A stretch of 64,000 nucleotides of DNA from an uncultured Acidobacteriota bacterium (lineage in GTDB: Bacteria > Acidobacteriota > Thermoanaerobaculia > Multivoradales > UBA5704): NCBI GenBank assembly GCA_963700145.1, contig OY969474.1:1152001-1216000 (forward strand). Reading direction: 5' to 3'. Below, piece after piece: positions 8,333-20,676 of this stretch. The notes below the pieces were generated by a model. It did not search any database. It was not told where the DNA came from and saw nothing but the letters and a program-made list of their open reading frames with translations. A program made the translations under genes and the position numbers. How positions within the stretch are numbered: the first letter of the stretch is position 1; each line of letters opens with the position of its first letter.

Positions 8333-10050
8333 TCCCCCGCCGGGACCGCTCGCTCCGCTCGCGCCGGCGGCTCCACCGGCTGCATCGCCTTGCCCACCTG
8401 CATCGTCTTCCCCAACCGCTCCTGGGCGGCCGCGATCAACCCGTCGAGCCCGCTGCGGTGGAGGGCGGAGACGGCCACGCCGTCGTGGCGCTTGGCGAGC
8501 GCCTGCGCCTCGTGGCGTGGTAGGAGGTCGGCCTTGTTGAGCACGATGAGCTCGGGTACCTCCGCGAGGTGCAGCTCGCCGAGGATGCCGCGCACCGCCT
8601 CCAGCTTGTGGTCGAGCCGCGGATCGGCGGCGTCCACGACGTGGAGCAGGAGGTCGGCGTCGGACAGCTCCTCCAGCGTGGCGTGGAAGGCGGCGACGAG
8701 GTCCGACGGCAGCTCGGTCAGGAAGCCGACGGTGTCGGTGATCACCACCTCCCCTTCGCGCGGGAAGCGCAGGCGGCGGCTCGTCGGGTCGAGAGTCATG
8801 AAGAGCTGGTCGGCGGCCTCGACCGTGCTGCCGGTGAGGGCGTTGAGCAGCGTGCTCTTGCCGGCGTTGGTGTAGCCGACGATCGAGAGCACCGGCACGC
8901 GGCCGTCGCGCCGCCGGCGGCGGCGCAGGTCGCGCTGGCGCCCCAGCCCCTCGACCTGCTTCTCGAGGGCGCGGATGCGGTCGCGGATGCGCCGGCGGCC
9001 GATCTCGACCACGGTCTCGCCGGGGCCCCGGCCGCCGATGCCGCCGGTCAGGCGCGACAGCCCGGCATCCTTCTCGGTCAGCCGCGGCAGCGAGTACTTG
9101 AGCTGCGCCAGCTCGACCTGGAGCTTGCCGTCGCGGCTCTTGGCGCGCTGCGCGAAGACGTCGAGGATGAGCTGGGTGCGGTCGATCGCCTTCAGGCCCG
9201 TCGCGTCCTCGAAGGCGCGGGCCTGCGCGGGCTTCAGGTCGATGTCGAAGATCGCCACGCTGGCCCGCCGCCGCATCCCTTCGAGCACGATGTCCTGGAG
9301 CTTCCCCTTCCCCACGACCGTCCGCGGGTGCACCTGGCTGCGCTTCTGGCGCAGCGTGCCGGCCACCGTCACACCGGCGGCGCGCACCAGCTCGAGCATC
9401 TCGGCGAAGTGCTCGTCGTCCGGGCGGATGCCGACGACGAGCGCCCGCTCCCGCTCGGTGCCGCCGGAAAGCGGCGCGACGCGCGCGAACTCCTCCTCGA
9501 GGGCGCGGATCGTGGCCTCGAAGTCGAAGGCTAGCTGGTGGACGTCGGCGGCGCGGACGCGGATGAAGGGGTCGGCCTTGTGCCCGTCGCCGGCCTCGGC
9601 GCCGTCCGCCGCGGCGGTCGCGGCCGCCGCCGGCGAGAGGTGGGCGATCTCGACGCGGCCGGCGTCGCCGTCGCCCAGCACCTCGATCGCCGCCACCAGG
9701 TCGAGGCGGAGGAGCGCGAGGTCGTTGAGGTCGTCGCCGGTCAGCGGCTCGCCGCGCAGGTGGGTGTGGACGAGGCGCAGGCCGCGGAAGCGCCCGACGC
9801 CGCCGCGCAGGCGGCCGACGTCCGGCAGCATGAGCTTGTGCGCGTCGCCGACGACGACGTTGCGCACCGCACCGTCGCGCCCGAGCAGCACGCCCACCTG
9901 CCGCCCGAGGTCGTGCGACACCTCGGCCAGGTGCCGCGCCAGCTCCGGCGACACCACCTGCCGCGGCGCCACGCGCCGCCGATAGGTCCTCTCCAGCGCC
10001 CGCCGCTGCGACGGCGAGAGCCCCTGGACGTTGCCTTCGAGTTGACTCAC
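8329..10050 (-). CDS. hflX: GTPase HflX (long form with N-terminal extension)
   Basis: [35 protein letters not shown]. Confidence 0.95.
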   Translation of the reverse strand: MSQLEGNVQGLSPSQRRALERTYRRRVAPRQVVSPELARHLAEVSHDLGRQVGVLLGRDGAVRNVVVGDAHKLMLPDVGRLRGGVGRFRGLRLVHTHLRGEPLTGDDLNDLALLRLDLVAAIEVLGDGDAGRVEIAHLSPAAAATAAADGAEAGDGHKADPFIRVRAADVHQLAFDFEATIRALEEEFARVAPLSGGTERERALVVGIRPDDEHFAEMLELVRAAGVTVAGTLRQKRSQVHPRTVVGKGKLQDIVLEGMRRRASVAIFDIDLKPAQARAFEDATGLKAIDRTQLILDVFAQRAKSRDGKLQVELAQLKYSLPRLTEKDAGLSRLTGGIGGRGPGETVVEIGRRRIRDRIRALEKQVEGLGRQRDLRRRRRRDGRVPVLSIVGYTNAGKSTLLNALTGSTVEAADQLFMTLDPTSRRLRFPREGEVVITDTVGFLTELPSDLVAAFHATLEELSDADLLLHVVDAADPRLDHKLEAVRGILGELHLAEVPELIVLNKADLLPRHEAQALAKRHDGVAVSALHRSGLDGLIAAAQERLGKTMQVGKAMQPVEPPARAERAVPAGE

Positions 10051-10131
10051 GTCACCCGTAACGACGGAAGGGAGAGGATATTCCCCGAAAGCCTCGCATT
10101 GATTGGAGTCCGGCGCGAAAGCCTTCGTGCC

Positions 10132-10806
10132 TCAGTGCACCGTCGGCGGCACGTAGCGCTCGCGCGGGCCGGCGGGGACGCCCATTTCGAGGAGGGAGAG
10201 GAGGAGGAGCTCGCGCTGCTCGGGGGCGGCGGCTTCGAGGAGGGCCTGCTTCTCGGCGGGGCCGAAGGGGAGGGCGGCGGCGAGGCCGTTGAGGAGGGTG
10301 ATCCCGCCGAGGCCGGAGAGGAGGGTGAAGTCGAGCTCGAGGCCGTGGGCGCGGCTGAAGGCGCGCACCGCGGCGAGGACCGGGCCGGGGTCGAGCGGCG
10401 CCTCCGGCTCCGCCAGGTCGGCGGCGGCGAACTCGGCGTAGTCGGCGCGCACGCGGCGGTAGCCGCGGTGGAGCGGCAATTCGCCGCCGACGCGGAAGCG
10501 CGCCAGCCCTTTGAGCACGATCAGGTAGCGGCCGTCCGGCTGCGGCTCCCAGCGGTCGATCGCGCCGGCGCAACCGACGGCGTAGAGATCGGGGTCCTGC
10601 TCCTCCTCCCAGAGCCCCCAATTATCGGCAGGGTCCGGCAGCCGCGGCTGGATCATGCCGATCGTGCGCTCGCCAGCCAGGGCGTCGGCCACCATGTTGC
10701 GGTAGCGCGGCTCGAAGACGTTGAGCGGCAGGTAGTTCCCCGGCAGCAGCAGCGACCCGGTCAGGGGGAAGACCGGCAGTACCTCGGGGAGCGGCGGTGC
10801 GAGCAT
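10132..10806 (-). CDS. LON peptidase substrate-binding domain protein
   Basis: LPVFPL...LPLNVFEPRYRNMV, DGRYLIVLKG, EKQALLEA. Confidence 0.85.
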   Translation of the reverse strand: MLAPPLPEVLPVFPLTGSLLLPGNYLPLNVFEPRYRNMVADALAGERTIGMIQPRLPDPADNWGLWEEEQDPDLYAVGCAGAIDRWEPQPDGRYLIVLKGLARFRVGGELPLHRGYRRVRADYAEFAAADLAEPEAPLDPGPVLAAVRAFSRAHGLELDFTLLSGLGGITLLNGLAAALPFGPAEKQALLEAAAPEQRELLLLSLLEMGVPAGPRERYVPPTVH

Positions 10807-10817
10807 CGGCGTCCCGC

Positions 10818-12623
10818 TCAATCGCCCTGGTCGGTCTTGAGCACCGCCAGGAAGGCGGCCTGCGGGATCTCGACCGCCCCGACCATCTTCATCCGCTTCT
10901 TCCCCTCGCGCTGCTTCTCGAGGAGCTTCCGCTTGCGGGAGATGTCGCCGCCGTAGCACTTGGCGATGACGTCCTTGCGGTAGGGGTTGATCGTCGAGCG
11001 GGCGATGATCTGGCCGCCGATCGCTCCCTGGATGGCGATCTTGAAGTTTTGGCGCGGGATCGTCTCGGCCAGCCGCTCGCAGTAGTGCAGGGCGCGCGGC
11101 CGCGACTTCTCGCGGTGGACGAGCTGGGAGAGGGCGTCCACCTTCTCGCCGTTGACTAGGATGTCGACCTTGACCAGGTCGCTCTCGCGGTAGTCGATCA
11201 GCTCGTAGTCGAACGAGCCGTACCCTTGCGTGAGGCTCTTGAGCCGATCGTAGAAGTCGAAGAGCACCTCGGCGAGCGGCAGCTCCGAGAGCACCTGCAG
11301 GCGCCCCTGCGCCAGGTACTCGAAGTGGGTGTTGGCGCCGCGCCGCTCGCGGCAGAGCTCGAGGACGGAGCCGAGGTACCGCTCCGGCACCAGGATGGTG
11401 GCGCGGATGTACGGCTCGTAGACCGACTCGATTTGCGATGGATCGGGAAAGTGCGCCGGGTTGTCGACCTGGAGGACCTCGCCGTCCGTGAGGTGGACCT
11501 CGTAGCGCACCGAGGGGGCGGAGAGCAGGAGCGACAGGTCGTGCTCCCGCTCCAGCCGCTCCTGCACCACTTCCAGGTGGAGGAGCCCGAGGAAGCCGCA
11601 GCGGAAGCCGAACCCCAGGGCCGACGAGGAGTCCTTCTCGAAGGTCAGGGAGGCGTCGTTGAGCTTGAGCTTGTCGAGCGCCTTGGCGAGGTCCTGGTAG
11701 TCGTCGGTGGCGACCGGGTAGATCGAGGAGAAGACGACCGGCTTGGCGTCCTTGTAGCCGGGGAGCGGCTCGGCGGCGGGACGCTCGGCCTCGGTCACGG
11801 TGTCTCCCACCGCGATGTCGGCCACCGCCTTGACGCCGGCGATCACGTACCCGACCTCGCCGGCGCTCAGCTCCGGCGCCTCCATCCGCTTCAAGCGCAG
11901 CCGCCCCACCTCCTCGACCTGGTAGTCGCGTCCGCCGTGCATCAAGCGCACTTTCTGCCCCGGGCGCAGCGTCCCCTCGCGCACGCGCACCAGCAGGACG
12001 ACGCCGCGGTAGGGGTCGTACTGGGCGTCGAAGATGAGGGCGCGGAGCGGCGCCTCGGGGTCCCCCTCGGGGGCCGGCAGGCGGTTGACGATCGCCTCCA
12101 GCACCTCGTCGATGCCGGTGCCGAGCTTGGCCGAGGCGAGGACCGCGGCGTAGGGGTCGAGCCCGAGGTCGGCGTCGATCTCCTCGCGCACCCGCTCGAC
12201 GTCGGCCGAGGGGAGGTCGATCTTGTTGATCACCGGCACGATCTCGAGGTCGTACTCGAGGGCGAGGTAGAGGTTGGCGACGGTCTGCGCTTCGACCCCC
12301 TGCGAGGCGTCGACGAGGAGCAGCGCCCCCTCGCACGACATCAGCGACCGCCGCACCTCGTGCGAAAAATCGACGTGCCCGGGGGTGTCGATGAGGTTGA
12401 GCTCGTAGTCCTGGCCGTCGGCGGCGGTGTAGAGGAGCGAGACGGTGTTGCTCTTGATGGTGATCCCGCGCTCGCGCTCGATGTCCATCGAGTCGAGGAT
12501 CTGGTCGCGGAAGTCCCGCTCCTCCACCGCGCCGGTGCGCTGGATCAGCCGGTCGGCCAGCGTCGACTTGCCATGGTCGATGTGGGCGATGATGCAGAAG
12601 TTGCGGATGCGGTCCACGGACAC
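10818..12623 (-). CDS. lepA: Elongation factor 4
   Basis: [48 protein letters not shown]. Confidence 0.98.
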   Translation of the reverse strand: MSVDRIRNFCIIAHIDHGKSTLADRLIQRTGAVEERDFRDQILDSMDIERERGITIKSNTVSLLYTAADGQDYELNLIDTPGHVDFSHEVRRSLMSCEGALLLVDASQGVEAQTVANLYLALEYDLEIVPVINKIDLPSADVERVREEIDADLGLDPYAAVLASAKLGTGIDEVLEAIVNRLPAPEGDPEAPLRALIFDAQYDPYRGVVLLVRVREGTLRPGQKVRLMHGGRDYQVEEVGRLRLKRMEAPELSAGEVGYVIAGVKAVADIAVGDTVTEAERPAAEPLPGYKDAKPVVFSSIYPVATDDYQDLAKALDKLKLNDASLTFEKDSSSALGFGFRCGFLGLLHLEVVQERLEREHDLSLLLSAPSVRYEVHLTDGEVLQVDNPAHFPDPSQIESVYEPYIRATILVPERYLGSVLELCRERRGANTHFEYLAQGRLQVLSELPLAEVLFDFYDRLKSLTQGYGSFDYELIDYRESDLVKVDILVNGEKVDALSQLVHREKSRPRALHYCERLAETIPRQNFKIAIQGAIGGQIIARSTINPYRKDVIAKCYGGDISRKRKLLEKQREGKKRMKMVGAVEIPQAAFLAVLKTDQGD

Positions 12624-12677
12624 TCCGAAGGGCGGGCATCTTACGATACGATCTCAGCCGACTGAGGAGGTGACGCA

Positions 12678-12863
12678 GTGGCGCGACAGAACTTCCAGCA
12701 CTCGAAGCGGCAGCGGGACCTGGCGAAGAAGCAGAAGCGGGAAGAGAAGCAGCAGCGCAAGGCCGAGCGCAAGCGGCTCGGGCAGCTGCCGGAGGGCACC
12801 CCCCCGGCGCCCGAGTCCCCCGAGTCCGAGGCCGCGCCGGTCGAGCCGCAGAACCCCTCCTGA
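12678..12863 (+). CDS. Small basic K/R/Q-rich hypothetical protein
   Basis: GAGGAGG RBS; coding-like codon use; hairpin follows stop. Confidence 0.7.
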   Translation: MARQNFQHSKRQRDLAKKQKREEKQQRKAERKRLGQLPEGTPPAPESPESEAAPVEPQNPS

Positions 12864-12914
12864 CCGCCCGCTTCGGGACGGTCGATCTTCCACCCCTCTC
12901 CCGGAGGAGATGCG

Positions 12915-13685
12915 ATGTCTGACGCACCGAGCCCGTTCGTCTGGTACGAGCTGCTGACGACCGACGAGGGCGCCGCGAAGGTCTTCTACCCCGCCATCCT
13001 CGGCTGGGGGACGGAGCCCTTCACCGGCGCCGGCGGCGAGAAGCCCTACACCATGTGGACCGCCGGCGGCGCGCCGCTCGGCGGCGTGATGGCGAAGCCG
13101 CCGGGGGCCGAAGGCCCGCCGATGTGGCTCGGCTACGTCGGCGTCGACGACGTCGACGACGTCGTCCGCCGCGCCGGTGAGCTCGGCGCCCAGACCCACG
13201 TCGCGCCGCGCGACATCCCCACCGTCGGCCGCTTCGCCGTCCTCGCCGACCCGCAGGGGGCGTTCTTCGCCGTCTACAAGTCCCTCAACCCGCAACCGGC
13301 GCCGAGCGACGAGTGCCCGCCCGGAAACGTTTCCTGGAACGAGCTGGCGACGAGCGACGGGCCGGCGGCCTGGGGCTTCTACTCCACTCTCTTCGGCTGG
13401 CAGAAGACCGACAGCTTCGACATGGGCGACGGCTGGATGTACGACATGTTCGGCTACGGCGGGGCGTCCAAGGGCGCCGTCTACACCAAGCCGCCCGACA
13501 TGCCGGGGCCGCCGGCCTGGGTCTACTACGTGCGCGTCGAGGACCTCGACGGCAAGGTCGAGAAGGTCAAGGAGCACGGCGGCCAAGTGATCCACGGCCC
13601 CATGGAAGTCCCGGGCGGCGACCGCATCGCCATCTGCACCGACCCGCAAGGGGCGGTCTTCGCGATGCACGCGCTGAAGAGCTGA
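12915..13685 (+). CDS. Two-domain VOC/glyoxalase family protein
   Basis: FVWYELLTTD...DPQGA duplicated (WNELATSD...DPQGA); GGAGGAG RBS. Confidence 0.9.
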   Translation: MSDAPSPFVWYELLTTDEGAAKVFYPAILGWGTEPFTGAGGEKPYTMWTAGGAPLGGVMAKPPGAEGPPMWLGYVGVDDVDDVVRRAGELGAQTHVAPRDIPTVGRFAVLADPQGAFFAVYKSLNPQPAPSDECPPGNVSWNELATSDGPAAWGFYSTLFGWQKTDSFDMGDGWMYDMFGYGGASKGAVYTKPPDMPGPPAWVYYVRVEDLDGKVEKVKEHGGQVIHGPMEVPGGDRIAICTDPQGAVFAMHALKS

Positions 13686-13704
13686 CCCCGGGGGCACGCT
13701 TCGG

Positions 13705-14402
13705 ATAGCACGCATCAGGCGCGTCTCGGCGCTCCTCACGCTCGGTCTCCTGGCGGTCACGACCCGCGCCGGAGCTCAGGCCCCCTCTCCTCGCGTGCCG
13801 CCGCTCCTTCCCGCTGTCCGCTCGGTCCTCTGGATCGGCGCCCATCCGGACGACGAGCTGCTCGCGGCGCCGCTCCTGGCGCGGCTCTGCGTCGAAGAAG
13901 GACGCCGTTGCTCCTTCCTGGTGTTGACCCGCGGGGGCCGCGGCCGCTGCCTGCTCCCCGGCGGCTGCGCTCCGAGCGTGGCGGCGGTGCGCGGCGGCGA
14001 GATGCGGCGCGCCGCGCGGCTGTTCGGGGCGCAGCTCACGCAGTGGGACCTCCCCGACGGCGGCGCGGCGGCGGATGGCTCCGCACCCGCGTGGGACACC
14101 GCTGCAGGCGGGCACGCCGCGCTTCTCGCCCGACTTTCTTCGCTGGTGGCCGCGGTGGCTCCGGGTTCCGCTCCGCCGCGCCCGCGGCCTCGGGCACATT
14201 CGCCTTCGACGGCAACGGCGTCCTGCCGTCCACCGGCAAGCCGGCCTGGGAGGCGCTCCTCCAGGACCTCGCCATCCACCGTAGCCAGTACGACGGCCGC
14301 TGGCTGCGTGCCCTCCGCGCGGCGCCTGCGGCGCAACGGGCGGTCTACCTCGGCCCGGCCGACCTGCTCCTGAAGTCCGAGCGGGCTTGGTCGTGCTTTT
14401 AG
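13705..14402 (+). pseudogene. PIG-L/LmbE family deacetylase, disrupted
   Basis: GAHPDDE and TRGG in one frame, C-terminal HRSQ in another, join near 14165; central HxDH block absent; signal peptide preceded by ATA rather than ATG. Confidence 0.65.
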
Positions 14403-14416
14403 GCGGAGGTCCCCGC

Positions 14417-16387
14417 TCAGGGCTCCGTGAAGTGGGCAACGTAGAGCGTGTCCCGTAGCGTCCGCGCGTAGACCAGGCCGGGCACCCGAGGGTGGGCCAC
14501 GAGCTCGACGGCGTCCGGCAAGACCAGGCCGTCGTTCACCAACGCGAAGGTCGCGCCGCCGTCGGTGCTGCGGAACACGCCACCGTCGGTCGCCGCGTAG
14601 ACCGTCTCCGGGTCGGCGGCGTCGACCGCCAGCCCGCTCACCCCTTCGAAGCTCTTGTAGGCCTCCTCCGGCAGCTCCCCCACGACGCGCCAGCGCCTTC
14701 CCGCGTTGTCCGAGCGCAGCAGCACGCGCTTCGAATCGAAGGTCTCCGCCTTGATCAGGTAGATCGTCGAGGAGCGGCTCGGGGCCATGGCGAAGCGCAG
14801 GTAGTCGTCCTCGAAGACGCCGGCGAGCTCGCGCCAGGTGCGGCCGCCGTCGTCGCTGCGCCAGAGGATGTCGGTGCCGATGTGGTGGAGGTAGTGACCG
14901 GAGGCTTGCGCGTAGACGATCCGCGGCGCCCGCGGGTCCTGGTGGAAGCGGACGTTGCAGCCGAGGGGGCAGATGAACGGCATCACCGCCTGCCAGGTGC
15001 GCCCGCCGTCGCCGGAGCGCTCGATCGCGTTCGGCCGGCCGAGGAGGAGCGTGCCGGCGTCCACCACCGCGACCCCCGAGCCTCCTGTGCCGCGCAGCGT
15101 AGACCAGCTCCGCAGCGTGGACCAGCTCCGTCCCTCGTCGTCGCTGCGGAACAGGGCGCCCGGCGTCGTGGCGTAGAGGCGGTGCGGGCGCGCGCGGTCG
15201 AAGGCCAGGTCGTTGATGAACGCGAAGCCGGTCACGCCGGGGAACGGCGCCAGCGGCGACCAGGTCCGTCCCCAGTCGGAGGTCACCTCCAGGAGCGGCA
15301 AGTTCGACGACGCGTAGAGCGTCCCCGGCCGCCGCGGATGGGGCTTGAAGAAGCTCGACGGGCTCGGCGGCAGCCCCTGCGCGTCCGCCTCCCGCCAGGA
15401 CTCCCCGCCGTCGGCGCTGGACCAGACGCCGAACCCGACCGGGCTCGCCGCGAGCTCGCCGCCGCGCCGCGCGGCGAGGCGGCCGAGGAAGGCGTCCGGC
15501 AGGTCCGTACCGAGCGGTTCCCAGCTCTCCCCTTCGTCGCGGCTCACCCGCGGCTCCGCGGCGGCGAGATAGACCGTGCGCGCGTCGTCGGGGTCCACCA
15601 CCAGGTCGCCGGTCTCCGGCAGCTCCGCGATCGCCAGGCGCTCCTCCCAGGTCGCGCCGCCGTCGCGGCTGCGCCGCAGACCGCACCCCGCGGCGTAGAC
15701 GACGCCCGGGTCGCCGGGCGCGACGGCGAGATGGAACGCGGCGCAGCTGGCGTCCAACGGGGTGTGCCGCCAGGTGGCGCCGCCGTCGTCCGTCCGCCAG
15801 ACGCCGCCGACCTGCCGGTCCCCGTTCTCGAAGCCCCCGACGAAGGCGCGCTCCGGGTGCCCTGGATCGACGGCGAGACCGCTGAGATCGCCGTCCACCG
15901 CCAGCACCTCGGTCCAGCTCGTCCCGCCGTTGGTGCTGGCGTAGACCGCGCTGCCCGAGACCGCGTAGACGGCGCCCCCCGCACCGGCGGCGACCGCCGA
16001 GGCCCCGGGGAGCACGCGCGCCCAGTGCGCGCCGCCGCTCCGGCTGCGGAAGAGGCCGTCGGGGCTCGCGGCGAAGATCGTCGCCGGGCGGTCGGGCGCG
16101 ATCTCGAGGTCGTGCCAGAAGGTGCGCACCGGCCCGAGGACGCGCACCCAGGGCCCTGCCCCGCCGTCGCTGCGGTAGACGCCGCAGGGGGCGGTGATGC
16201 AGTCCCCGGCCGCGGCGAAGAGCGGGCCGCCGTCCGGGTGGGCGGCGAGGGCCGCGACGACCCCGCCGGGCCGCCCGATCGGGCTCCACCGATTGCGCCC
16301 GGCGCCCGCCGGAGCGGCGGCCACGACCAGGGCGCAGGCGAGCAGGAGAAGGCGTGCCGCGGAACGCAGACGAGGGGGATGGGACAT
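14417..16387 (-). CDS. Secreted BNR/Asp-box beta-propeller repeat protein
   Basis: Many S-x-D-G-G-x-T-W repeats; signal peptide. Confidence 0.85.
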   Translation of the reverse strand: MSHPPRLRSAARLLLLACALVVAAAPAGAGRNRWSPIGRPGGVVAALAAHPDGGPLFAAAGDCITAPCGVYRSDGGAGPWVRVLGPVRTFWHDLEIAPDRPATIFAASPDGLFRSRSGGAHWARVLPGASAVAAGAGGAVYAVSGSAVYASTNGGTSWTEVLAVDGDLSGLAVDPGHPERAFVGGFENGDRQVGGVWRTDDGGATWRHTPLDASCAAFHLAVAPGDPGVVYAAGCGLRRSRDGGATWEERLAIAELPETGDLVVDPDDARTVYLAAAEPRVSRDEGESWEPLGTDLPDAFLGRLAARRGGELAASPVGFGVWSSADGGESWREADAQGLPPSPSSFFKPHPRRPGTLYASSNLPLLEVTSDWGRTWSPLAPFPGVTGFAFINDLAFDRARPHRLYATTPGALFRSDDEGRSWSTLRSWSTLRGTGGSGVAVVDAGTLLLGRPNAIERSGDGGRTWQAVMPFICPLGCNVRFHQDPRAPRIVYAQASGHYLHHIGTDILWRSDDGGRTWRELAGVFEDDYLRFAMAPSRSSTIYLIKAETFDSKRVLLRSDNAGRRWRVVGELPEEAYKSFEGVSGLAVDAADPETVYAATDGGVFRSTDGGATFALVNDGLVLPDAVELVAHPRVPGLVYARTLRDTLYVAHFTEP

Positions 16388-16463
16388 CCGGGGTTCCTCC
16401 GCTGCGCTAGAATCCGCGCTCCAGCCGCGGTATTCCCTGCCCCGCCAGGAACGAGGAGTTTCC

Positions 16464-18145
<1,682 letters not shown>

Positions 18146-18149
<4 letters not shown>

Positions 18150-18973
18150 GCGGGAGAGAGTCCCTCGCGCAGGAAGCGTGCCAGCTCCAGCCAGACGACC
18201 GGGTGGCCGAGGAGGTCGTTGTGGCCGGCGCCGGGGATGGGGACGAAGCGCGTCGTCGCGGCCGGCAGCGCCGCGGCCAGCTTCTCGCCCAGGCGGAAGG
18301 GGATGATCGAATCGTCGCGGCCGTGGATCAGCAGAGCCGGCACGCGGATGCGCGGCGCCGCGTCGAGCGAGTCGTACCGCTCGGCGACGAGCATGCCGCC
18401 GAGCGGCGTGAAGTGGACCCGCGCCACGTCGCGCAGCGACGACCAGGGGGAGAGTGCGACGAGGCCCGCGACACGGTGCTCCGGCTCGGCGGCGAGCGCC
18501 ACGGCCACCGCCGCTCCGAGCGACCAGCCGCAGGCGACGAGCGGCCGCTCCGGATGGCGCGCCGCCAGCCAGGCGAGCCCGGCCGCGCCGGCCGCCGCGA
18601 GCCCCGCCTCGCTCGCCCGTCCGCCGCTGCGGCCGTAGCCGGGGTAGTCGATCGCCAGGAACGGCACGCCGAGCTTCCGCAGCTCGTCGAACAGCCCCGA
18701 CCGCCGCATCGTCTCCAGGTTCTCGCCGTTGCCGTGCAGGAAGAGCACCGCCGGCGCCCCCGCCGGCGCCGCGTCGGGCGTCCACGCCCAGCCCACGACC
18801 GGCAGGCCGCCGTCGCCTTCGAGCGCCACCTCTTCGAGCGGCGCCGAAGCCGGCGGCACCCGCACCGGCGGCGCCGGGTAGAGGACCTGCTGGGTGAAGG
18901 AGCCGAGCATCAGGAGGGCGGCGAGGCCGAGCGCGGCAGGGAGAACGAAACGGGCTGGGCCGCCGGGGCGCAC
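18146..18973 (-). CDS. Alpha/beta hydrolase
   Basis: HGNGEN, DYPGYG, GWSLG, HGRDD, GAGHND. Confidence 0.9.
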
Positions 18974-18981
18974 GATAGCGC

Positions 18982-20676
18982 CTAGGGTGCGCCCGGCGGC
19001 TCCTCGACGTCAAGGCGCCGATCGGCCTTGACGTCCGCGAGGGTCGAGACCGCCCCCGAGGGCCAGCGCACGACGAGCTTCTCCACCGTCGGCGCCGGCC
19101 CCAGCCCGAAGTGCGGGTCCACCTGCGACTGCGACAGGTAGCTGCCGCCGGTGCGGGCGAGCCAGGTCTGGGTGACGCCGCCGGCCGTCGCCTCGACCAC
19201 CGCGCCGAGGCCGTCGCGGTTGCTCCGCTTCCCCACCAGGTGGACGCGCAGCCAGTGGCCGTAGCCGGCGCCGCGGTTCTCGAAGAGCTTCGCCGGGCCG
19301 GCCAGCGTCGTCAGCACCAGGTCGAGGTCGCCGTCGTCGTCGAGGTCGCCGTAGGCGGCCCCGCGTCCCACCAGCGGCGCCGCCAGGTCGCCGCCGGCGC
19401 TCGCCGTGACCTCGACGTACCGCGCCTTCCCCTCGTTGCGGAAGAGCTGCTGCGGCTGGGCGTAGCGCGCCGTCGCCTGCACCCGCTCCCACTCCGCGTC
19501 GAGGTGGCCGTTGGCGAGGAAGAGGTCGAGCCAGCCGTCGAGGTCGTAGTCGAAGAAGAACGCCGCCCAGGCCACCCAGAGCAGCGTGTTGCGCCCGAAT
19601 TGCGACAGCGTCGCCACGTCCATGAAGAGGCCGTTGCCCTCGTTGCGGTAGAGGCCGGACATCTCGTTGGCGAAGTAGCCGATGACCAGCCCCGGGCGGC
19701 CGCTGCGGGCGAAGTCGGCGGCGTCGATCCCCATGCCGCCGCGCGCGCCGCCGGTGTCGGAGAGGGCCATGCCGGAGGCGGCGCCGATCTCCTCGAAGCG
19801 CACCTGCCCGGCGGCGTCCTTCCCCCGGTTGCGGAAGAGCTGGTTCGGCGTGGTGTCGTTGGCCAGCGCCAGGTCGGGCCAGCCGTCGCCGTCGGCGTCG
19901 AGCACCGCGACGCCGAGCGTCTTGGCGGTCGGATGGTGGAGCCCGGCGGCCCGGGTCCGGTCCTCGAAGCGGAGCCCGCCGAGGTTGCGGTAGAAGCGCG
20001 ACGCCGCGCCGGTGTAGGTCTGCGGCGTGCAGTACGCCTTCGTCTTGCCGTCGAGCGAGCAGAAGAGGTCCCCCTCCGGGCTCCAGGTGACGTAGCGGGT
20101 GGCGAAGACGTCGAGGAGGCCGTCGCGGTCGGCGTCGAAGAGGGCGACCGAGGCGCCCAGCGCGCTCTCGCGCGGGATGCCGGCCGCGGCGCCGGCGTCG
20201 GTGAAGCGCGGGGGTCCGCTCCCCTGCCGGTCGTTGCGCAGCAGCCGGTCGCCGTCGAGGCAGGTCAAGTAGAGGTCCGCGTCGCCGTCGTTGTCGAGGT
20301 CGCCGGCGGCGCCGCCCAGGCAGTAGGCGGCGAAGTCGAGACCGGAGCCCTTCGTCGCGTCCGCGAAGCGCAGGCCGCCGCGGTTGAGATAGAGGCGCTG
20401 CGTCGCCGCCTCCCCCGGCTGGCCCGGGAAGCTGCGGCCGTTCAGGAAGAACAGGTCGAGCCGCCGGTCGCCGTCGGCGTCGAAGAGGACGACGCCCGAG
20501 CCCATCGTCTCGGGCAGCCACTTCTTGCCGAAGGCGCCGTTGTGGTGGATGAAATCGACGCCGGAAGCGGCGGTGACGTCGGTGAAGCGCGGCCCCTCGG
20601 CGGGCAGCTCGGCGGCGGCGCCGGCGGCGCCGGCGGCCAGCAGGAGCGCCGCGAGGGCGTGCGGTGCGCACCTCAT
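18982..20676 (-). CDS. CRTAC1 family FG-GAP repeat protein with C-terminal ASPIC/UnbV domain
   Basis: Repeated D-x-D-x-DG-x-x-D; GGSYLSQ...HFGLG...VRWPSG. Confidence 0.9.
   Translation of the reverse strand: MRCAPHALAALLLAAGAAGAAAELPAEGPRFTDVTAASGVDFIHHNGAFGKKWLPETMGSGVVLFDADGDRRLDLFFLNGRSFPGQPGEAATQRLYLNRGGLRFADATKGSGLDFAAYCLGGAAGDLDNDGDADLYLTCLDGDRLLRNDRQGSGPPRFTDAGAAAGIPRESALGASVALFDADRDGLLDVFATRYVTWSPEGDLFCSLDGKTKAYCTPQTYTGAASRFYRNLGGLRFEDRTRAAGLHHPTAKTLGVAVLDADGDGWPDLALANDTTPNQLFRNRGKDAAGQVRFEEIGAASGMALSDTGGARGGMGIDAADFARSGRPGLVIGYFANEMSGLYRNEGNGLFMDVATLSQFGRNTLLWVAWAAFFFDYDLDGWLDLFLANGHLDAEWERVQATARYAQPQQLFRNEGKARYVEVTASAGGDLAAPLVGRGAAYGDLDDDGDLDLVLTTLAGPAKLFENRGAGYGHWLRVHLVGKRSNRDGLGAVVEATAGGVTQTWLARTGGSYLSQSQVDPHFGLGPAPTVEKLVVRWPSGAVSTLADVKADRRLDVEEPPGAP

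Noticed and set aside
12678-12863. RiPP precursor for the PqqD protein
   Set aside because: About 9 kb away; basic helical composition with no leader/core pattern
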